Below, piece by piece: positions 11,333-23,000 of a stretch of DNA of 64,000 nt. Position 1 is the stretch's first letter. Each line of letters begins with the position of its first letter. The DNA is from Sminthopsis crassicaudata (Eukaryota), in NCBI RefSeq assembly GCF_048593235.1, contig NC_133622.1:248748055-248812054 (forward strand), in the 5' to 3' direction. The position numbers and the translations under genes were made by a program. The notes beneath the pieces were generated by a model. It was not told the DNA's origin and did not search any database. It saw nothing but the letters and a program-made list of their open reading frames with translations.

Positions 11333-14300
11333 TTAATCCTCCAGGACGATAGGCTCATTGGTGCTGGCAGGGTGTGGGGGTAAAGGGGGAGGAATCGGGG
11401 CCCGGACCGGAGGCAGCGGTGGCTTCACCTTCAAGGGCAAGTTGGGCCTGCGTGCGGCCCGCCGCATTTCCAGGTGAGTCAAGGCCTTCCGTAATGCCCT
11501 GGCGGGGAAGGAGAGCAGAGGCTCAGAGACCGCAGGTGGCGCCCCCTCCCCGTGGGCCGCCCCGTGCCCCACCCCCGCCCACTACCTGGTATCTTTTGTG
11601 GCCACAAATACCACCGGGTTGGGGGCATCTGCGGGGTTCAGCTTCTGCCGCTTGGCTGCCGGCTGTGTGCTTGATCGAATCCCTGAGGTGAGGGGCCTCC
11701 CGTTGGCTGAAAATGGAACCACCTAGAAAAGGGGAAGGGGATTTTTCCAGAGCACAGCCGGGCACCACGCCTACCAGAGGCACTTTGAGCCCACCGCCTC
11801 CCAACTTCTGAACAAGCCAAGGATCAAGGAGCACTGCCTTACAAGGGCTGGAAGCCAGGAGCTTCAGGGGTAAGAACATGGGGCCTGAAGCAAATCCAGC
11901 CTCTGACATGCGTTAACTGTGACCCTGGGCAAGTCACTGAACTCAGTTTCCCTTTTGGTCCTGGAGCCGTTGTAAGGATCAAATGACCTCTGTTGGTCCA
12001 GCATTTTGCCAACTTTTGCTCTCTAGGTGCCGACCCCTGCAGGAGGGTGACTGCTGCTGCTTCCAAGCCCTCGGGGGCCCGGCAGACCAAGGAGAAAGAC
12101 AAACCCCACCCCCATCTGTGGGCAGCCTGAGCCTGGGTCCCCACTCACACTCTCATAGGCACGTTTCACCACGATGCCCCCCAAACTCCGGTTCTGGGTC
12201 ATTTGGTTCCTATTGATCGGTGTCTTTGTGCCTCGTGGCGTTTTTGGTTTCAAAGGAGCCTGGGCCGCTGCAGGGGAGAGAGAGAGAGGCCTTCCTGAAG
12301 CCCCGCAGTCCGCACCAGTCCCTGCCTTGCCTTACAGATTCCCCGCCCCATACCGAGGTCTTTGACGATGGTGGCCAGGGGCAGTCGCACCAGGGGGTGA
12401 ATCTTGAGAGGTGTCTTGGCTGCCTTGGGGAGCCGGATGGAGCCTACGACACAAAGAGTTTCCCGGAGTGGGTAACTGCCCGCCCCAGCCCGGCAGGGCC
12501 CAGCACCTTAGGGCACCGCCCCCAGACTCACATTCGGCCTTGATGGCGTTGGCGTTGATGGGGGCATAGGGTCGGCGGGCGGCCCTCCTCGGCTGCAGCA
12601 GATCCCTGCACATGCGGCGGGCGAGACGGGTCAGCTTGGTCGTCTGCAGCAGAAACGTCTGCCTGTTCTTGGCCAGCAGCTTGGCCCGGTTGGCGCTGGT
12701 TGTGTACGGAGAAAGGCTCTGGGCCTCGGGGCGAGATAAGTGGCCCCGGGAGTGCGGCTCCTGGCAGAAGGAGGAAACACAGCGGTGAGCTCTGCTGCCC
12801 TGGCCTTCCGGGCCAGGCCCGCCCCCTCCACCCTTGTCTGCCGGCCCAGGGGAACAGGCCCAAAGCTGCAGGACGTCAGCGTGGGCCGGCAGCTTGCTCG
12901 AGTGCTTGTGTTCTCGGCCCATTCCACAAAGCCCCAAACCCGGGCTCCTTACGGTAGTACCCCGTGCCGCCCCCTCCAGCTGCGTCGGCGTCTTCAGCCC
13001 CCCGTATTTCTTCCAATAGATCCAACAAGAGGCACAGAGACGGCACTGCATGTTGGGGGGGCCCCAGGCATACCACTGGGCCGACTGGGTGGCTAGAGAA
13101 CACAAATGGGTCAGCTGGGGGGCGGCGCTCAGAAGGGACAAGCCCAGCTCCCCACGGCTCGGAGGCGGCCCAGCCCCGCAGGCCCCGACACTCACTGTGG
13201 CAGCTCTCGCAGGTCAGCCCCTTCTGGAATCCGGCCCCGTTCATGCCAGGCTTGGACCCCACGGAGATGATCTGGTTTGGGTTCGGCTTAGTGCTGGGGG
13301 CACAGAGGATGGGAGAATGGAGGCACAGGCTGCTTCCAGCCACCGGGGGTGGGCAGCTTTTCACCCAGCCCAGCCCAAGGCAGTTCCGGTCCGCTCCCAA
13401 TCACAAACAAGGAAAGGAAGGAGCCCGCTCCCCTGGTACCCGCCCACTGCCACTTACTAGGTAGGGATGTAGACCTGTTTCAGTTTACTGTCGGCTTCGG
13501 CTGCTTTTAACCTTTTCTGTGGGCGAGAGGAGCGAAACGCCAGTGTGGGGGTGGTCCTGGGCTTGGGCCCCCTCCCCCCCCACCAGTGGCCCAGGGCCCC
13601 CCTCCCAGGCTCCCCAGCCCAGTTCTTCACCTGCTGGATGTAGCGGTCAGTGGTTTTCCACATGTAATAGAACTGGACGATGCTGGCGAGAGACTTCCAG
13701 GGGAGCTGGGGAGGTGATGCAGAGTGAGCTGGCGCCCCTGCCCGAGAACCCCTCGCCCCTCGCTGCTGCTGCTGCTGCGGCGGCTGCGGCCTAACCTAGC
13801 CCGTCTCAGCCTCACTACTCACAAAGTCCTGACGGATATCATTGAAATCCTTGCCGTATTTCTCCAGCGCCTCCTCGAAGAGCATGGCCTCTGAGGCCGA
13901 CCACTCCTCCATCTCATCCCGACATAGCACGGGGCCGCCCTGGGGCACCAGCGTGGACATGGCTTTGGCCAGGTCGTAGCCATTGCGCTGGAGAGTGTCC
14001 ATGGCGTGGAACTGCAACAGGGGCAACATGGCGTCAGGGCCCTGGAGCACAGCCCAGGCTCTGGGCCTCCCTCTGCCCACACCACCCCAGCCAACAGCCG
14101 CTCACCAGGGTGATGTCTCGGGAGGCAGCTGCTGCACTCATGTGCAGACTTGGCTGCCGAATGGAGCTGCTGCAGTCCAGGGCCCTGGCGAAGGTGCCCA
14201 CGGCACTAGAGGAGGAACATCGGGTCACTGGGGCAGGAGGAGGCTTCGAGGAAAGGGGAAGAGAAGGAGGGAAACAGCCCAACTTCCAGGACGCCAACCA

Positions 14301-17300
14301 GGACCGAGAGAGGGCCGCCAGGGCCCACCTCCCCCCACCTCGCTCAGTCACCCACCCAGCCCTCACCGGGCCACAACGAGGAACTGGTCGATCTGCCGGT
14401 CGGTCAAGGGGTTGTCCGGATCCCAGACTTTCATTTCCATCTTCTGCTGATTTCGATTATCAGACTCGCCTGGCAACAAGAAGAAAGCTGTCAACATGAT
14501 AGAGAAGAGGGGAGGGGGCACTCTGGCCTCCCCATCCTTGCTGGGCAGTGCCCCCATACCCACATTCTGCTCAGCCACTCCAAGCTCTCTGGCTTTTCCT
14601 CCCCCACTCCATGCTTCCTCGGGCCTTGACCGCCAGGTCTCACCTTCGGCCAGCCGCTCGGGGATCTCCGCTTGGTACTTGCAGCCCACCCGGATCTCGC
14701 CCTGGTCGGCCAGAAGTGTTTTTTGCACGGGGTCAAACACCAAAGAGTAGAAGAAGCAGTCCTGGAGCAGAGGATGGTGGGAGATGGCTAAAGTGAGCCT
14801 TCCCCTCCCCTGCCCAGCTGGTCCCCGGGTCAGACTGGAGCGCTCACTGCTGCTCGTAGTCTCATTCCCAGCCAGCCGTTCCCGGAGTCCTCATAGCCAT
14901 TCCCCTGTCTCAGCACCTCCTCCCCACCTTCTGTCTCCTCTCCCAGCCACAGGCTGGCTCAGGCCCTCAGCACCCTTCCCCTGACCTCTGCACTAGCCTT
15001 CTCGTGCTCTCCAGCCTCTCCAACCCAGCCTCCACAGAGCCATCGTTTCTTAAGAAAACAAATCCCCAGCTCTACCATGTTGCCCAAATTCGACTGATTT
15101 CCCAACAACTTTAGGATGAAATGTAAACTCCTGTCTTGTTTGGCGCTTGAGCTCTTAAACCTGCCTTCCCAACCTTACTCTCTCCATACTTATACACACA
15201 CCATTCCCCATCCTGCATCGCCTGGCTCGGCCCAAGCGGCTGCCTCGCTGTGTGTGTACCTCGGGACCTCGGCACTGGCACTGCCCCTGCACTCTCTCAC
15301 CTCTCAGAATCCCAGATTTCCTTAAGACCCAGCCCAAGTAACAGTTCCTAAATCAAGTATTTCCGGAGCCTCCAGTCACCACAAACATAAATTGGCTTTA
15401 GCCGTTCTGCTTGGACCTCATCATACATGTGTGTACTCTTCCCCCTATTAAAACTTTTACAGGGCGGCGGGGGCTCTGATGTCGCCCTGAGCTAAGGGGA
15501 CCCTCGCCCCCTCCACACCTGTCCCCCTGTGCTGGTACTCCCCAGACCCCTCCCTCCTGCCCACGCAGCCCTCTTGGTCACCTCCTTCTCCAGGTACTGG
15601 CTCAGGATGTCCGTTTCGTTCAGTAGCGTCACGCTGCATTTCCCACTGCAAGAAGGGAAAGAGGTCCACAATCCCCACATTCTATCTTCCGTGAGGCTCC
15701 CCGCTCTTACCTCTCCCCCCCAAAGTGAAGGAGTAGGAGCAGGACAGAAACCTCGAGAAATCCCCGTGCCTTGTCCCCTACCGTATGTGGGTGGCTGGCA
15801 ACGATTCAAACTGTCGAGAAAGAAAAAGCTCCCGGTGCTTCAGCTGGTGCCTCTGTTGCTCCGAGACTCCGGGCTGCTTGGACTCCTCCTCAAATTCCCC
15901 TGGGAAAGGAAAGAGAATCAAGGGCAGCTGGGGAGGGGAAGGCATTGCCTTATGTCTGTCTCTCGTTCCCGCCAGCCTCCCTCTCACCTTCCCTCCATTA
16001 CACACTTGCCCCAATGCGAGGCTTCAGCCCCAATGCTCCGGGTTCCAAGCTGTTACTTAAGAGCTTCCACAATGCTTTTGTCAGTCTCCCGTATCGCCCC
16101 CCCCCCTTCCCGTGACTTCAGAAGCTCCTCCCAGAGCCTAGACTTGATGCTGGGAGCTCACTCGGGACAGAGGCAACCTCTGTTCCACCTCAATTGCCAA
16201 CAGGACTAAAAAGCCAGAGAAGTGATACCGAGCTGCCCCTGGCCAGACTCGAGGCAGACTGCCGATGCCCACGCCAGCACGGCCACAAGCCTCGCTTGCT
16301 CTTTGTCTGGCTCTCAGCCATTGCCTTTCAGGAAGCAGCTTCCACCCCAACATCTTAGTATCCCTCCCCCACCCGACAAGGCCTCAGGCTGGCCAAGAGG
16401 CCCCGTTGTAAAGGGTTAACAAGGATGGGCGCCAAGCAAAGGAGAAAGGGGTAGGATAGCAACAAGCCCAGGCCCATTGGCCATTGTTCTAACTACCAGG
16501 GAAAAGGGGGGTGCGGGAGGAGCTCGCAGCTGACTCCTCCCCTTGCCTCCCTGCTCCGGAAACCAGGGCTAAGGCAGGGGGACCACACCCCCCAAACCCC
16601 TTCTGATTGGACAAAGCCAAGGTCAGCCCCTGCCAGATGGAGCAGTAAACCCCAAGGGGCTATGAAACTTGGAGAGCCTTATTCCCCATTAACCCTTTAG
16701 TGCTAGAACCTCGGTCTAAGAGGTTGAAAATAGAAACATCAATGGAGGGGGGCAAAGAGATCAAAAAGGAAAAGGGGCAAGAATGCTAGAGATGAGTTAC
16801 TAGAAAGTGGAAGGAAGAAAAAAGGGAAGCGAGGGATGGAGAAAACAGCAAAGAGGGAGAGAGGAGAAGAAAACAAGCAGAAGGAAGATGAAAAAGGGGA
16901 AGAGAAAGGAAATTCCACCCTTCTTCCTCTAGCCAAAACTACCCTTATGACCTGCACAGCCAAAATGCAAAGTATTGAAAAATGCGAGTATTTAAACAAA
17001 CCACCTTGCCTACTTCCCAAGGCAGGACACCCTGTGGGTTCTGATCCTTCCTCTCCTCTTCACTTCCCCAAAACATTCTCTACTTCATCCAAAATGATGC
17101 TCAAGTCCCTATTTCTTCATGACTAGGTTCATTGTTTGCGCGCCCCCCCCCCCCCACCTTTCATAGCTCCCATCTATTGTCTTCCCCACCTCATCTCAGC
17201 TCTTAGCACATTCCTCCTCCGTGCTACTTCTCTGACACAGGAAGACAAAAGCCAACCCCTCCTTGCAGAACTGTGTCCCCCACCCCAAAATGCACCTCCC

Positions 17301-19138
17301 CCTCCCCAGCTGGGTCACAAAACCAAAGGAAACCCCTCCAGAGAGTGGCCAAGGCCCAAGAACTGGAGGGAGGGCGAGAAAAGACTCACTGGCATTGCTG
17401 TCCGCCAGGCTATTAAGGCTGCTGGAGATGTCCCTTCTTCGGAAAAGGCAGACGACCTTCGCCTCCACGTTCCCATTTGCTGTCTAGAGAGAAAAAGCGA
17501 AGTGGTGGAATGTGCTGGAGGAAAGTAGAACTGCCTGAGGAGGAAGAGCCGGTACCACGGGACATGTGGGACATATGTTCTAAGCGCTCACTAGGACAGC
17601 CTCAAGAAATCATGGATCCAAGAGCCCGAGGAGGCGTCTCCCAATTCCCTTCTCACCCAAGGACTTCAGCACCGGCCAGGCTCAAATGAACCCAGCAAGG
17701 ACACCCCGGAGACAGCAACAGGAGGGCGAGGCCCAAGGCCCTGCCTCGGAGCCACCACAAAAGTGCGCCAGCGTGGTCTAAAAGGGATGGGCTGAGGCTC
17801 CATCCGGAGAAAGTGGCCATCCCAGGCGGCCCTCGTTAGTCCTGGACAGCTCCGGGGCTCGTCCCCCATCTCTGCCCTTGGAGAAGAAGCCCATGGGTCT
17901 CCCGGGCCCATTGACCCCCCCCATTCTCTCTCACTCACCTTATTGAGCTCCTCAATCCTTCTCACCAGGTAAGGATTGCTCGAAGAGTTCTCAAAATACA
18001 CGTAATCTGCAGTGGGGAAGAGCCAAAGGCCTGAGTTGGAGGAAGCTCCTTAAGCTTGAGGGAGCTGAATGGGGGAAAGGGGGGGGGATCCCCTGAAAAG
18101 GAGGGGAAGAAGCGGGAATGATTTAGGAAAACCTGGGAACTCCGGCCCCAAGTGAAAGCAGCGGGGAGAGAGCCTCGCATCCCTCCCCATCAACCAATCA
18201 GCACCGCGGAGTTCTAAGGGCTGTGATACAAAGAGAAACCAGCTAATCTGATCCCTCCTCCCAGCCCCGGCCAGAAGCAGCTTTGCAAAGGCGAGAAGGG
18301 ACAACTAACCAGAAGCGAGGGGCCCCGCGGGGCTCCGCCAGGGCGGCCCCGCTTCTCCGTCCTCCCGGAGGACGCCCCCCCATCCCTGCTTTCCCTCCGC
18401 ACGGAGGCCGGCCTGGGTGTCCCGGGTCCCCAGCGGGGAGGGAGGCGCACAAGGAGGGCCCGGAGCCGGAAATACAGACTTCAAAGCGAGCCGCGCACAA
18501 ACAGAAAGGGACCCGGCCCGGAGAAAGTTCTGGGGCTGCGCCAGAGGAAAGGGGCCCCGAGTTGCCTTCGCGGGTAAACTCTGCTCCCCACCCCCACCGA
18601 AACTCCCCTGGGCCCCCCTCCAGCCCGGGCAGCACTATCGGAAGATCAGCACGAGCTCTGCCCGGGGCGCTATCTCCAAAGGGGATCTGGGGCAAGTGGT
18701 GCCGGGCGTCCTAGGAGGGGGCGCCGTGTCCGGCACTAAACGTGCGCCCCCGGCCAGCAAAGCGTGGAGCGCCGATAGTTACTCAGTCGCTGCCCCACAT
18801 CCCGGAGTCCCGAGCGCGTGGCCTTCACTCCCGGCCCCCAGCGGCGGCTCTAGCGGTCAAGTTCATCCCTCGAGGTCTCACCGCCCTGCCCCGTTCCCGC
18901 TTGGGACCCCTGAGACCCAACGGGGGTAGGGGCGCGCATGCGCCTTTTCCTACCGGGACCCCCGACAAGGCTCCCCATAAGCGCATGCGCCCTCTCGAGC
19001 CGAACACCCCCCCCCCAGGTCCGCGAGTCCCCCCCCATCTCCCATTCCCTCGGTCCGGTCCCGGGAACTCGGTTCCGGTTCCGGCGGGACCGCGGGTGCG
19101 CGGTACTCACCCCCAACCCGGTACATGTTGGCCGCCAT
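11333..19138 (-). CDS. MTA2: Metastasis-associated protein 2 (NuRD subunit; BAH, ELM2, SANT, GATA zinc finger), 18 exons, 664 aa
   Basis: CDS exons 19138-19111, 18006-17939, 17483-17390, 15899-15782, 15645-15582, 14761-14644, 14469-14367, 14205-14106, 14011-13823, 13705-13631, 13516-13458, 13293-13196, 13092-12953, 12760-12532, 12443-12354, 12267-12149, 11722-11586, 11498-11333; total 1995 nt. Starts MAANMYRVG, ends [10 protein letters not shown]. Confidence 0.97.
11880..11990 (+). mobile_element. MIR/CORE-SINE remnant in MTA2 intron 16
   Basis: caaatccagcctctgac...tgtgaccctgggcaagtcactgaactcagtttccc...gtaaggatcaaatga. Confidence 0.65.
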
Positions 19139-19861
19139 GGCCGCTCGACGGGGCCCGTGGGCACCCGGCTCGGCCGCAGGGAGGCCCCGGCGCTGCTCGG
19201 CCCTGTTCGGCGCCCCGGCCCCGGCCCCGCCGCCTCCTCAGCCCCGGCTCATCCCGCGCCGCCTCCTCCGCCGCCGCCGCCGCCGCCTCCTCCCGCCCAG
19301 GACGCGCCGAGGCCGGCGCCGGGCCCCCGCGGCTGCTTCCGGCCACCTGGCTCCGCGTCCCGGGTCCGGCGCGGTTCGGTTCGTCCCGACTGAGCCCTGC
19401 CTCAGCGCCGAGCCCTTCCGGAACCCTTCCGGCTGCGCCCGAAGGACGGGCGCCCGCGCTTCGGCCACTTCCGGAGGCGCTTCGGCTTTTTCCGGCCTGG
19501 GGCCTCTGGCGCTCGGGCATTTCCGTCTCCCTGGCCGGGAGGGGCGGGGCCAGGAGGGAGGGGAGGGGAGGGGCCCGGGCTTTAACCCTTTCCTCGCCTC
19601 TGCCTCTCTGCCTTTTGCACGTGGCCACAGGAAGGCTCCCAGGGCCAGATATTTACATGCCCTTTGCTTTTCATTTGCATGGACCTGCTCTCTTCTCTTC
19701 CCCTCTGGTCTAGCCTCGGCCCTGCCAGTGCTGCTCCCCTCCCCCGGGCCGCCGTTAGGGAGGGAGCGCGGTGCCCAGCCCCTCTCCTAGTACCCAGGAC
19801 GCCTCATGCCCCCCTCCCCCCCTGAAGGACGGAGCCGGGCTACGGGAGACTTTGCTTTGGT

Positions 19862-19867
19862 TTTATT
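19862..19867 (-). terminator. EML3 polyadenylation signal
   Basis: AATAAA on minus strand ~220 nt after the EML3 stop, just upstream of the MTA2 promoter. Confidence 0.65.
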
Positions 19868-20086
19868 GCCCCAGCCCTGCGCGGGTCTGGGAGGAGGGCG
19901 GGGCTGCTCGGCTCAGCCTGCGCTTCTGTACAGTGTTGGGGGGGCCCAACGCCCCTCCCCGGCCGGGAGAAGGCACGGAATGTAACGAAGTTGGAAGAGA
20001 AGGCTCCTGGTCCTTGGGAGGGGGAGGGGGCGCCGGGAGGTTGCGCGAGAAGCATCCTCTGCACCCCCCATCTAGTCCGGGCGGGC

Positions 20087-23000
20087 TCAGGCGTCCAGCG
20101 AGGAGGCGGGGGACAGGGACGGGGTGCGGGAGGGCGTGGCGGGCGCTCCGGAGCCCCCGCCTCCCAGCATGCGCCACTGGAAAATGCTCGCATCCTTTCC
20201 TCCCAGTGAGATGAGGTGAGAATCGTCATGCGTGAAGCGGACACTGGTGACGTGGCTGCCGTGGCCTCCGAACTTTCGGCTGGGAGCCTGGGGGGGGATG
20301 TGGGCCAGTCACCGGGCCGGAGCGCCGGACGCCGGCATTTAACAAACAAGGCAACTGAGTCACAGGGAGGGGCGCGGCCCACCATGCCCGGCCAGCCTCT
20401 GAATCCCGTCTTCTTACTCCCAGCGCAAACGTTCTTTGCTCTGAGCCGGGAGTGCTGCTTCGGCAGCTCCAGACCCCCATCGTGCACCCTCCTCCCCCTC
20501 CTGCAGCTCCGGACCCCCATCGTGCACCCTCCTCCCCCTCCTGCAGCTCCGGACCCCCATCGTGCACTCTCCTCCCCCTCCTGCAGCTCCGGACCCCGTC
20601 TTGTACCCTCCTCCCCCTCCTGCAGCTCCGGACCCCCATCGTGCACCCTCCTCCCCCTCCTGCAGCTCCGGACCCCTATTTTGCACCCTCCTCCCCCTCC
20701 TGCAGCTCCGGACCCCATCGTGCACCCTCCTCCCCCTCCTGCAGCTCCGGACCCCCATCTTGCACCCTCCTCCCCCTCCTGCAGCTCCGGACCCCATCGT
20801 GCACCCTCCTCCCCCTCCTGCAGCTCCGGACCCCCATCGTGCACCCTCCTCCCCCTCCTGCAGCTCCGGACCCCCATCGTGCACCCTCCTCCCCCTCCTG
20901 CAGCTCCGGACCCCCATCGTGCACCCTCCTCCCCCTCCTGCAGCTCCGGACCCCCATCGTGCACTCTCCTCCCCCTCCTGCAGCTCCGGACCCCCATCGT
21001 GCACCCTCCTCCCCCTCCTGCAGCTCCGGACCCCCATCGTGCACTCTCCTCCCCCTCCTGCAGCTCCGGACCCCCATCGTGCACCCTCCTCCCCCTCCTG
21101 CAGCTCCGGACCCCTATTTTGCACCCTCCTCCCCCTCCTGCAGCTCCGGACCCCCATCGTGCACCCTCCTCCCCCTCCTGCAGCTCCGGACCCCTATTTT
21201 GCACCCTCCTCCCCCTCCTGCAGCTCTGGACCCCCATCGTGCACCCTCCTCCCCCTCCTGCAGCTCCGGACCCCTATTTTGCACCCTCCTCCCCCTCCTG
21301 CAGCTCTGGACCCCCATCGTGCACCCTCCTCCCCCTCCTGCAGCTCCGGACCCCTATTTTGCACCCTCCTCCCCCTCCTGCAGCTCCGGACCCCGTCTTG
21401 CACCCTCTTCCCTCCTCCAGCCTCCAGGCCCCTCACCTTGGCCCGGGCACAGGGGTAGAGAAACAGGTGCACCTTGCAGAAGTCATCGGCCACGGCCACC
21501 ACCCGCTCGTTGTGGGAGCGGCACAGAGAGTTGATATCAGTCCCGTCGGATCCATCCGGCCACACGCCTACCCAGGCAAGCCCTCCTCATTCCTGTTTCC
21601 TCCACATTCCCGACCTCCCACAGACCCGGCATTCCCGTGTCCCGGACGTTCCCAGACCCACTCCTCGGCATTCTCGGCCCGTGCCTCTGGCCTTGCCCTC
21701 CCCCACGGGGCGGCCCTGCCCCCCCCAGCTCTCTTCACCAGGCTTGGGGCTCACCATACACGTGGAACCCCAAGACACAGGTATAGGTCGCCCACTCTCG
21801 GTCCCGGCTCTCATAGCGATTTCTCAGCAGCTTGCAGCCCCCTAACACGTCCCCTGGGAGGAAGGGAAGGAAGGAAGTCCAACTTAGGTCAACCCCTTTC
21901 CGTGGGTTCAACAGAACGAAAACAAGAAGCCGGAGGACGTGGCCCCGAATTCCTGGCCAATCCGTAATTTTGAGTCGCCCCTTGCCCGATGCCCCTGAAC
22001 GGTTTTTCCATCAGGGGGTTTGTTTGGCGCGTTTTCCGTGGATTGAGTGTGTGATTGTAGGATTTGAAGCCAGAAAGAGCTTTAGAGAATAAAAATGTCA
22101 AATGGCGCGGCAGGAAGCGGCCTAGAATGTCAGCAGCCGGAGGGGCCTTAGAAGCCAGGATGCGGGAGGCCGGAGGGAGCTTCGCCCTTGGGACGGCAGG
22201 GCCGGGACAGAGAAGATGGAGCGGAGGTGACTCGCTGAAGGTCCCCCAGAGAGCAAGCGGCAGAGCTGTTCCTCTGGCCCTAGGTCCCCTCCCCCGCCCG
22301 AGCTCTGCGCCATAGTGACCCACCCCTGTGAACCCCTCCTCACAGTAGAGGATCTCGTAGTCCCCAGAATTGGACATGATGAAGCTCCCATCCTTGGACC
22401 AGTCGAGATGGGTGATGAAGCTGGAGTGCCCCTGAGGGAAAGAACGGGGGGGGGGGGGGTCAAACCGGGGCCCTCCGCTCCCCAGGCCGCCCCCCGGGGA
22501 AGGGGGCCGGCCCCGCGCCCTCACCACGCATCGGCCAAAGCGGCCGCACTTGGCCCCGTCGCCGGAGACGCTGTAGATGTAGATCATGTTGTCGTGGGAA
22601 CCGATGGCCAGGAACAGCCCGTCTGAAGGAGGCAGGCAGTCAGTCAAGGAGCACTTGTCTCTCAGGGGCTTGCTCTGGGCCGGGTCCCGGGCTAAGAGCG
22701 GGGGGAGAGGGAGCCAAGGCGAAAGCGCCCTGCTCCCGGCTCACCTCTGGGGACAGGAGACGGGCCCAGGAACGGGATGTGGGAGGAAAAGGGGAGGGGG
22801 AAGCGATGTCAGAGAGAGAGAGGCCTCTGGGTGGGGGCAGGGCGGGAGAGGCTCTCACCTGGACTATACCTGACAACTGAGAGCTGCTCATTACCGTCCG
22901 TGAAATCGGATACGATCTCTCGAGTCTCTGTGTCCAGAACCAGCCACCTGGGTCGGGGAGGGGGTGGGGCCGCGTCAGCAGCCCCAGGTCGGCCTTCCCT

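Noticed and set aside
13455-13460. Apparent premature TAG in MTA2 after VYIPT in the ORF track
   Set aside because: The codon is split by an intron (TA/GT...AG/C = Tyr); gene is intact.
19840-21967. 465-583-aa ORFs on both strands
   Set aside because: Products of the 40-bp minisatellite in EML3 intron 21.
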